Of a DNA stretch of 64,000 nucleotides, positions 44,287 to 52,120 are shown piece after piece. Within the stretch, counting starts at the first letter, position 1. Each line of letters starts with the position of its first letter. This stretch comes from an uncultured Candidatus Binatia bacterium (GTDB lineage: Bacteria > Desulfobacterota > Binatia > UBA9968 > CAXXLF01): NCBI GenBank assembly GCA_965218425.1, contig OZ244621.1, positions 1,280,001 to 1,344,000 of the forward strand. Direction: 5' to 3'. The notes beneath the pieces are model-generated. The model was given only the letters and a program-made list of their open reading frames with translations. It searched no databases and had not been told where the DNA came from. The translations under genes were made by a program, and so were the position numbers.

Positions 44287-45513
44287 TTATTGAATGGACA
44301 CCATGCCATGGTTACGTTGGACCAACGGTTGGCCTCCGTTCTCGGTGACCACGACGCAACCACCCCAGCTGAACTGAAACTTCCGATCCGCGCTGGACGC
44401 TATGGGCTTCCAGACAAAAGTGTTTCCTCTCTCAAACACCACATCCCGGCTCCGCTCACCTCTATGCTGGGGCGTCAGAAGAGGACCGTCATCACCATAG
44501 CCCCGGCCATGCATGAGGATGAGGCTATTGAACCCACGCTTGGGACCGAGGCCATTAACGTAATCGATAAAATCACCAAAGGATCGGCCTGGCTTCATGC
44601 GCTCGAGGCCGCCCTCGTAGATTTCCCGGTGTAGCTCGATGACGGGCTTCCATTCTTCGGGGGTTGGTCCCAAATAGATAGGTTGAACCTCTTGGGCGAT
44701 GAGTCCTCCCCAAACGGCGTCAGTTTCATTGTTAATTCGATAACCCGGTTGCAGGCGGCGGCCAATGGGCGGATTCTCGAATCGGGGCAGCCGATCACCG
44801 GTCATGGCCCCGGTATAGAGTGCCATCGCATAGTACTCACTGCCCAGCTCCAACATCCGCTGCATGACACGAGCGTACAGAACGGTCTCCTCCACCCCGG
44901 GTTTTGCCACTTCCGCCATCTTCTCGATCCCGGCAGTTACAATGGCAGCGCCCCTGCGCAGACAAGCAATCTCTTCATCGCTCTTAACGTAGCGGGCGTA
45001 GCCCACCACGTCCGTGGCGTCTTCAAAGGTGGCGTTGGGAAGCCGCCGCAATACTTCGGCATAGGAACTATGGTTGATGACACCGGCAATGGCACGACCG
45101 TGGGTTACCTTCCCTAGCCGTAGCCCAGAAACGCCAACCCGCGCGCGCTCCATCCCAAGGTCAATCAACGCCTCAGCCATGGGCGCGCCCCATGAGCCAC
45201 GCAAACCACGGTTTGCAGCTCGCACTTCCGAGAACCGGGAGTTACGGCTGCCGCGATCATTAACCACAATGGGAGAGCGGCCATCAGTGGGCAGGACTAT
45301 GGCTGAGTTCTCCATCTGGGTGAGATAGCGACAATCCGAGCGGGTGCCGCGGGCTTGCTCGAGAGATAAGTGCAGGTTTCGCCCGTCTACGCAGAGGGGC
45401 ACGAAAATACAATCAAAGCCCGCCTTGGCGGCGTTGTCCCGTACGCGTTGCCAACGACGGTCACGCTCGGCGAGGAAATATCCCTTCCAAGTTGTTTCCG
45501 CGGGCGATTCCAT
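44287..45513 (-). CDS. M24/creatinase-fold protein, non-canonical; tandem paralog of 43051..44271
   Basis: Extensive shared motifs (AERDRRW, HGRGYGDDGP, FVWKP). Confidence 0.85.
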   Translation of the reverse strand: MESPAETTWKGYFLAERDRRWQRVRDNAAKAGFDCIFVPLCVDGRNLHLSLEQARGTRSDCRYLTQMENSAIVLPTDGRSPIVVNDRGSRNSRFSEVRAANRGLRGSWGAPMAEALIDLGMERARVGVSGLRLGKVTHGRAIAGVINHSSYAEVLRRLPNATFEDATDVVGYARYVKSDEEIACLRRGAAIVTAGIEKMAEVAKPGVEETVLYARVMQRMLELGSEYYAMALYTGAMTGDRLPRFENPPIGRRLQPGYRINNETDAVWGGLIAQEVQPIYLGPTPEEWKPVIELHREIYEGGLERMKPGRSFGDFIDYVNGLGPKRGFNSLILMHGRGYGDDGPLLTPQHRGERSRDVVFERGNTFVWKPIASSADRKFQFSWGGCVVVTENGGQPLVQRNHGMVSIQ

Positions 45514-45581
45514 CCTTACGGCTCCTTCTTGCATGCCCTTTATCTTTTATAGCGACCGTTTAGGGCGGCCTGGAAATACTG

Positions 45582-46595
45582 TCAATGGGCAACCCGGATA
45601 CTCATGACTGGAGGTAGGTCCCCTAGAATCCGTCGAAAGGATTGACCGCCGTCGCCGCTCGTCCATATGGAACCGTCGGTCATGCCTACAAATAACGCAT
45701 CCGGGTCTTCTGGGTCGCCCACAACGGCACGGGGGGCCGCCTTGAAATGCCCGGGGAGGCCTCCCGACAGCCTTTCCCAGGAGGCCCCTTGATCCTCGCT
45801 TCGATAAAAGGCAGAATCCGCTCCTTGCGGTCGGCGCCACGATGGCGGCGGAACAGCCGCTGCGGCCGTGAAGATCACCCTAGGTCTGGCCGGATGCACC
45901 ACCAGTTGCGCCATGTAACGACGGTCGAGGCCATTGCACGACTCGACAAAGCGGTCACCGCCATCCGAACTACGATAGACCCCTGTGCCCGAGGTTGAGA
46001 CAATGATCGTCGGATCATCGGGCATGATGGTGACCGAGTGCGAATCAAATTCCGTTCCCTCTTTGATGTTTTGCCAGGTCTTACCGCCGTCCTTACTCCG
46101 TATAATCCAGCCTTCCTCAACAGCACCAAAGATCAGCATGGGGTCATTGTCAAACAGCGCAAGCCCTTTAACATGGCTAACATGGGGCGGGTTGGGAAAG
46201 GTCCACTCTTTGGTTTCGGGCAGGGTCCTGAGCTGCTCGCAGTCCATCCAGCTGTCGCCGCGATCGGTACTCTTGAATACAGAGGAAGGTCCGGTTCCCA
46301 CAAACAGATCACCGGTCCTTGGGTGTTGCACCAGGGACCAGGTTTCTTTGTAGAGGATTCCATCGTTGATCTCCCGCCAGTTCGTGCCTCCGTCTTCACT
46401 GCGAAGCATTCCTCTTTTGCTAGTGGCCGCATAAAGACACCGCGGATCCATACGGTCGATTACGATCGGGCACCGCAATGTCCCAGACCCCTTCAGACCC
46501 AACCGGCTGGCTTTGGTATCAGGACCTTTGGATCTCGCCTGAAATAGTCCGTCCGCCGTACCCACGTAGAGAATACGATCTGCTCCTGTAGCCAT
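45582..46595 (-). CDS. BNR/Asp-box beta-propeller protein
   Basis: Multiple SxDGG boxes; WTFPNPPHVSHVK motif shared with the paralogs at 1-1924. Confidence 0.85.
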   Translation of the reverse strand: MATGADRILYVGTADGLFQARSKGPDTKASRLGLKGSGTLRCPIVIDRMDPRCLYAATSKRGMLRSEDGGTNWREINDGILYKETWSLVQHPRTGDLFVGTGPSSVFKSTDRGDSWMDCEQLRTLPETKEWTFPNPPHVSHVKGLALFDNDPMLIFGAVEEGWIIRSKDGGKTWQNIKEGTEFDSHSVTIMPDDPTIIVSTSGTGVYRSSDGGDRFVESCNGLDRRYMAQLVVHPARPRVIFTAAAAVPPPSWRRPQGADSAFYRSEDQGASWERLSGGLPGHFKAAPRAVVGDPEDPDALFVGMTDGSIWTSGDGGQSFRRILGDLPPVMSIRVAH

Positions 46596-46861
46596 GATTC
46601 CTCCTATTCTAACGAACCTCTTACACTAAATTAAACGGGACCTTGCACAGACTCAGTTACTGCTCAATATCACAGGTATTTGAGCTGTCAATAAGGAAGG
46701 AACAAACGTAGGATCAGGTAAGAAAATCAACCGCAGGGGCCAAGGGGCGCAGGGGGCCTGCACCCCAATGAGTATTGAGTAGGGAAGACTGAAAACCGGG
46801 AATCGAGGGTAGTAAATCTTTCAGGATTACAAATCCCCAATTTACGCTTCCGCTCCCTCCC

Positions 46862-48007
46862 TTATCCCCACACCTGACGCGCCGTCTCCACTACGACTTC
46901 CAGCTTTCTCTTCTGGTCATCCTCGGTAATAAGGTTACCCACCACATCGGAGGCAAACCCACACTGTGGACTTACGGCCAACTGGTCTAAAGGCACATAT
47001 CTGCTTGCCTCATGGATGCGACGAATGAGATCGTCGGGGGTCTCCATCTGGGGCACTTTGGTGCTCACCAGCCCCAACACGACAACTTTACCTTTCGGCA
47101 CAAACCTCAAAGGCTCAAAATTTCCAGCCCGCTCGGTGTCGTATTCCAACAGGAAACGATGGTAATTTAACTCGGTGAAGAGTCGCTCCGCAATGGCATC
47201 GTAGCTCCCTTCCCGATGCCACATACTCCGTTGGTTTCCCCTACAGAGGTGAATCCCAAAGGTCACCCCCTCAAAACCTTGAATAATCTCATTGTCAGCC
47301 CTAAGGGAGCGGTTAAAGTTCTCCACGGGATCTTCCCCCCTTTGGCGCATCTCCTGAAGAGAGGGTGGGTCCACGTAGGCGGTATAACCAGGGGCATCCA
47401 TTTGAACGTACCTACAACCAGCGTCCCTCAACCCGCCTACCATTTCCCGCTCGATTTTCACCACATGGGCCATGAAATCGTCCATAGTGGAGTAGATGGA
47501 AGTGGAGGCATTGAGATCAAAACGCTGGCTGATTCGGTCCGGCCCTATAAGCGTTACCTTGGCCGGTCTTTTTGCCACACGGCTGACGAAGAGATACTCT
47601 TGCAGGGGAGCGTTCCGCACAAGTCGTAAGGGCATTACGACAGGTCGACGTTGGGTCACTGCGGTTCCCTTGGCCTCACGGTTCGGAATTTCCCAGCGTT
47701 GAAGGGGACTGGAGCCCTCCACCCTTTTTTCATAGAATTTGACATCCACTCGAGCCGTGTCAAAGCCTGTCACAGAGATTCCAAAGCTGTCCTGGAAGTT
47801 AAGGCGACGGAACTCGCCATCGGTGATCACCTCCAGCCCTACACCCTCTTGAAGCCTCACAGCCTCTTGAATGGCCTTATCCTCAATTCGACCCAATTCA
47901 TCGGCGCCAATTTCCCCCAGATCGTAGCGACGACGAGCCTCCTTGAGATAAGCGGGACGGAGAAGACTCCCTACGATATCAGTCCTTTTTGTTGACACGT
48001 CACTCAC
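46862..48007 (-). CDS. Cobalamin-independent methionine synthase catalytic-domain family protein (Zn thiol-alkyltransferase fold)
   Basis: VGSLLRP, TDGEFRR, HLCRGN, LEYD, SPQCGF; no N-terminal barrel. Confidence 0.9.
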   Translation of the reverse strand: MSDVSTKRTDIVGSLLRPAYLKEARRRYDLGEIGADELGRIEDKAIQEAVRLQEGVGLEVITDGEFRRLNFQDSFGISVTGFDTARVDVKFYEKRVEGSSPLQRWEIPNREAKGTAVTQRRPVVMPLRLVRNAPLQEYLFVSRVAKRPAKVTLIGPDRISQRFDLNASTSIYSTMDDFMAHVVKIEREMVGGLRDAGCRYVQMDAPGYTAYVDPPSLQEMRQRGEDPVENFNRSLRADNEIIQGFEGVTFGIHLCRGNQRSMWHREGSYDAIAERLFTELNYHRFLLEYDTERAGNFEPLRFVPKGKVVVLGLVSTKVPQMETPDDLIRRIHEASRYVPLDQLAVSPQCGFASDVVGNLITEDDQKRKLEVVVETARQVWG

Positions 48008-48149
48008 ATCGCCGTCTCATATCAATCAATTGAAGTTACACGCGGTCTTTACCTGACGAAGGTTTCCGCTTCGCAACAGCTGTGAGATTCAATCTTTTCC
48101 TTTACGGATACCCTCGAAGGAAGGGTTATGTCGGTAATGTCGATGGCCA

Positions 48150-49163
48150 CTACAAATTTACTTTTTCAGCGTAGAGGTTCTCGATAAAACCACTGGCTTT
48201 GAGCTCGTTTAAAAACCGCAGATCAAACAGTTTACCCGGTTTTAACTTCCTTGCTTTCCGGTCGATCACAGCGGCCGCATCGATGACCGCCTGTACGGAT
48301 TCCGGATGAGGGACAGGCCAGGGATCCAGTTGTGCCGCGAGGGACGCATACATGGTCTCCAGGGCAGCGGGATCGGCCACAGAAACATGTTCTCCCAAAA
48401 TCTTCATGCTTTCGCTCGGACGGGTCAAAAAATAGTGAATGGCGGTCAGGTACCCTTTCAGAAAGCGTCTGAAGGCCTCTTCATCTCTTTTGACGATGGA
48501 ACGGGTTGTCATCAAAAGGGACGAAACGATGGGGACCTCTTTCACATCAAGCACCTTGATGCCAAGCTTTTCCGCTTCGGATGCGACATTGGGGCTCAAG
48601 GGGGCGCCTTGGATGAGATTCTTCGAGAGGGCGGCTGCCCGGGCCGGAGAGTACCCTACAGTCACCATCTCCACCTCTTGTACCGGATCGATTCCAACAC
48701 GTCGCAGCACCACCCTGGCAATGAGATCCGATCTCCCCCCCAACCTTGACATACCGATCTTTTTGCCCTTGAGCTGTTTAATGGAATTAATTTCGGGCGA
48801 AACACCAAACCGGTAATTCGTTATGTATACATGGGCACCAAGGAAAACAATATCCTGTCCTCCGATGATAGGCTGCACGGCAAGGACGGGATTACCCGAA
48901 GCTAGAAAAAGATCAATGCCAAGCAACGCTTGAATCCCGCCAATGGACGGGTCCTGGATAAAGATCTCTTCTACTTCAATTTTATGCTGCTTAAATAGGT
49001 TGGCACCGTTACCTACCCAAGCGACCGCCGTCGCAGCACCCACGCCATCATAGGCCAGTCTTATCTTTTTCCGTTCGTCCTCACCAAAGGCTTGGGCAGT
49101 ACACAACAGCAATGCACACATGCTCGCGGCAAAAAGCCTGACACCTTCTTTGAGTAAGCGCAT
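48150..49163 (-). CDS. NMT1/SsuA/THI5-like ABC substrate-binding protein
   Basis: Signal peptide, LKGKKIG, FLNELKASGFI C-terminus. Confidence 0.8.
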   Translation of the reverse strand: MRLLKEGVRLFAASMCALLLCTAQAFGEDERKKIRLAYDGVGAATAVAWVGNGANLFKQHKIEVEEIFIQDPSIGGIQALLGIDLFLASGNPVLAVQPIIGGQDIVFLGAHVYITNYRFGVSPEINSIKQLKGKKIGMSRLGGRSDLIARVVLRRVGIDPVQEVEMVTVGYSPARAAALSKNLIQGAPLSPNVASEAEKLGIKVLDVKEVPIVSSLLMTTRSIVKRDEEAFRRFLKGYLTAIHYFLTRPSESMKILGEHVSVADPAALETMYASLAAQLDPWPVPHPESVQAVIDAAAVIDRKARKLKPGKLFDLRFLNELKASGFIENLYAEKVNL

Positions 49164-49230
49164 TGCCAAAGATCCCCAACTCTCTTATATAGGAGACCAG
49201 CACCCCTTCCAACCCCCCCCAGGTTTCCAG

Positions 49231-50172
49231 TCACCTCCCCACAGCCCCAGCCTTCAATTCTTTTTTTACCAGAGCTGCGAGCATCTCCACGAAACTGGGG
49301 TGGTCGTTGACTACGGCGGCACGGTGGAGACGAAACCCAAACTCGTGTGCCAAACTTCGTGCCTCCACATCCAGGTCGTACAGTACCTCTACATGCTCAC
49401 AAACAAACCCGATGGGGACCACCACGATGTCTTTGCAACCTTTGCTGCCCAGACTCCGCAGCACATCACAGACGTCCGGTTCCAGCCAGGGCACACTGGG
49501 CGATCCGCTGCGGCTCTGATAGGCCACCAACCAATTAGTATGACCGATCCTTTCCGCCACGGCCCGGGATGCCGCGGTAAACTGGGACACATAGGGAGAA
49601 CCCTCTGCCATGGACTTTGGAATGCTGTGGGCGGTAAAGACAAGCGGAGTCTCATCCTGCTTGGCTAGTGAAACCTGGGACAGAGCATCGGCCGCTGTAG
49701 CCATTACTGCATCGATAAAAAGGGGATGATTGGCCCAACCTGAGGTGAGGGAGACTTCTGGTGCTCCTTTTCCTATCTTACCGCAGGCGTCGTCAACATC
49801 GTTCATGTAGCGGTCCCAGGATGCCTCGGTCTGAAATGCCGACAGGATGATTCCCAGCGCACGGCGCCTTTCTTTGTTTTTCATCTCGATCAACGTCTCA
49901 TGAAGGAAGGGATGCCAGTTGCGCATTCCAACATAAACAGGCAGGGGAATACCATGATCCTCTAGATGGCGGGACAGGGCATCAGCCTGACGAAACGTAA
50001 GTTCATTGAAGGGCGAGCAACCACCCACCAGCTCGTAATGGTGAGCAACCTCTTCGATACGGCGTGGCGGAATGTTCCGCCCTTTAGTAACGACTTGAAG
50101 AAAGGGCCGAATGTCTTCCGGCTTTTCGGGCCCTCCAAAGGCGATCAAAAGGATCGAGTCAATGGCACCCAT
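49231..50172 (-). CDS. hemH: Ferrochelatase
   Basis: FGGPE, GMRNWHP, FTAHSIP, YQSRSG, WLEP, EHVEVLYDLD. Confidence 0.95.
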   Translation of the reverse strand: MGAIDSILLIAFGGPEKPEDIRPFLQVVTKGRNIPPRRIEEVAHHYELVGGCSPFNELTFRQADALSRHLEDHGIPLPVYVGMRNWHPFLHETLIEMKNKERRRALGIILSAFQTEASWDRYMNDVDDACGKIGKGAPEVSLTSGWANHPLFIDAVMATAADALSQVSLAKQDETPLVFTAHSIPKSMAEGSPYVSQFTAASRAVAERIGHTNWLVAYQSRSGSPSVPWLEPDVCDVLRSLGSKGCKDIVVVPIGFVCEHVEVLYDLDVEARSLAHEFGFRLHRAAVVNDHPSFVEMLAALVKKELKAGAVGR

Positions 50173-50271
50173 AGACAGTCGGGATCATATACCCTTCCGT
50201 AATATATATGAACAGGCACACGTTCCCTTGCCAAGCGTACACGAGGAAAGTGATTAGGATAGTGAACTCAA

Positions 50272-50297
50272 TGAGGGGGGAAGTCATACCCCCCTCA
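50272..50297 (-). terminator. Probable terminator hairpin after 50346..50807
   Basis: TGAGGGGGG / CCCCCCTCA 9-bp stem; weak U-tract. Confidence 0.45.
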
Positions 50298-50345
50298 GCT
50301 TAAGTTCAATTTAAAGGAAAGGAAAAAGAGAGCGCTCGAAAGCGG

Positions 50346-50807
50346 TTACTTCTTTTTCTTCTTTGACCTGACCTTCTTGAAGGTCAGCTTGGCGGTTGCG
50401 AGCTCGTTTCCGTTCTCGTCCACCGCAGTCAGGTCATGGGCACCGACGGTCAGAAGCTTCCTGCGGATTTCCCGGTTCAGTGTCCATACGCTGGCGAAAG
50501 CTCCATTCGCATTGGCAACGGGTCGAGGCTTTACGAGATAACTAATATCCGAAAGCACGCCACCCATCATGATCCGGAGACCGACCTCCTGATTGGGCTT
50601 GAAACCTGAACCAGAGATGAAGGCCTGGACCCTTCTCTTGTACTCAACTTTTGCCGGTAGGACCTTGACTTCGGGCCCCATCGCAATGGCCACCGAGTCC
50701 TGCGCGCCACTCAACCAGGCAACTGGAGCTGCGCTGCTCAGAACGGAAAGAAAGAAGGCCGCACCAAGGATTGCTGAAATCCTGGTTAGTCTTGCTTTAT
50801 TTTTCAT
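50346..50807 (-). CDS. Secreted hypothetical protein with a basic tail
   Basis: GGAGG RBS, signal peptide, upstream promoter. Confidence 0.75.
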   Translation of the reverse strand: MKNKARLTRISAILGAAFFLSVLSSAAPVAWLSGAQDSVAIAMGPEVKVLPAKVEYKRRVQAFISGSGFKPNQEVGLRIMMGGVLSDISYLVKPRPVANANGAFASVWTLNREIRRKLLTVGAHDLTAVDENGNELATAKLTFKKVRSKKKKK

Positions 50808-50845
50808 TGACGTACCTCCCCAAAATTTTTTTTGAAGCGAAACGG

Positions 50846-50875
50846 AGTATAGTAACACAACGTATTCCTTGTCAA
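50846..50875 (-). promoter_or_regulatory. Sigma70-type promoter
   Basis: TTGACA-18 bp-TATACT. Confidence 0.6.
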
Positions 50876-51044
50876 GGGGGGGCAGCTATACCCCCGTCTT
50901 TTTTATACTGGACTCATCCGGACCCCTAAACATATACCCGCGGGCCCTCCATCTGAGGTGTACTTGATTTCCTACCGCACATTAATATAGAGTGAAATTA
51001 TGATGGAAGTGTGGTTTTTTGAAGCGTTGAAAGGAGGAGCGGAG

Positions 51045-51227
51045 ATGGAGCTGCCGAAATGCCAGAAGTGTAATGACGGTTTGTTGATCCCCTTATCCGA
51101 CTATGGGCAGGAGGGAGCCTCCGTAATGTACAAGGCCTGGGCTTGCACCAACCCCGAATGTGGATTCTCTCTCAGAGTCGACAAAGGCGAGGTCACCTAC
51201 GGGAAGAAGATCGAGTACAAGCATTAA
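51045..51227 (+). CDS. Small zinc-ribbon-like protein (60 aa)
   Basis: AGGAGG RBS; CQKC...CTNPEC. Confidence 0.8.
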   Translation: MELPKCQKCNDGLLIPLSDYGQEGASVMYKAWACTNPECGFSLRVDKGEVTYGKKIEYKH

Positions 51228-51395
51228 CGGGAGTCCCCCTCAAATACAAAGCACAGAAGCGGAGATGGTGAATGAAGCGTCTTCTTACCCCGTACTGATG
51301 CCCGGACCATTAACCCACGGTTAAATTCACCACCCCCGTATCAACTTTCCTGGACTCGTATCCACTTGGCATCCTCTCCTAGGTATTAACCTCCC

Positions 51396-52061
51396 GTGAA
51401 TGAACCGCTCGACCCTTCAAGCCAGACCATCACAGGACTCAATTGGGGCCGGGGTCTACTCTGGTACGTCACCCACCATTCCTCTTTAATATTTTCATAC
51501 GATCCAGCGACTGCCCGATCCAAGACAGAACTCGAAATACCCTACTACCCAGCGGTGGATGTCTGCCCTTCCAATGAGGGACTCTGGGTCATTGCAGGCG
51601 GGGGAAAACTCGGGCGACGGCTCATGCTTTGGTCGCTAGACGAAGGCACGGAGATAAGAGAATTTGACTGTCCAGACGGAGCAGCCTCGGGCATTGCCAT
51701 TGATGGACAACAGGTTTGGTTACCGCACCGTAATAATCGTAAGCTCTTCTGTTTGGATACCCGAGACGGAAAAACCCGATGGGTGATCAAAACCGATAAG
51801 GAAACCCATAGTCCAGCCTCATGTAATGGAGAGCTTTGGTTGATTGAATGTGACCCTGGTCCCCTGGGTCACTGGAGCCGTGCGGGACAGGCAAAGCGCT
51901 CGTTTATCCGTTACGACACCATAAGGGAAAGAGTAGCCGAATCCCTTCCGATTTCTTTTATTCCCAGCTGTATGGCCTTTGACGGGGAGCGGTTTTGGTT
52001 TTCAGAAACGGGCAAAAAAGGCTTCTCGTCAATCTTCCGAAAAGACCTCACCAAAACATGA
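51396..52061 (+). CDS. Hypothetical beta-propeller-like protein
   Basis: Repeated G(L/I)AxDG.xxW-type blades. Confidence 0.6.
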   Translation: MNEPLDPSSQTITGLNWGRGLLWYVTHHSSLIFSYDPATARSKTELEIPYYPAVDVCPSNEGLWVIAGGGKLGRRLMLWSLDEGTEIREFDCPDGAASGIAIDGQQVWLPHRNNRKLFCLDTRDGKTRWVIKTDKETHSPASCNGELWLIECDPGPLGHWSRAGQAKRSFIRYDTIRERVAESLPISFIPSCMAFDGERFWFSETGKKGFSSIFRKDLTKT

Positions 52062-52120
52062 ATGAGTCAAACCACCCTGTCGAAAACACCTTACCGATAT
52101 GCGACTGAAAGCAGACCTCG

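Noticed and set aside
31960..48007. Genomic island integrated at tRNA-Sec
   Set aside because: No integrase and no duplicated tRNA 3' end found by eye.
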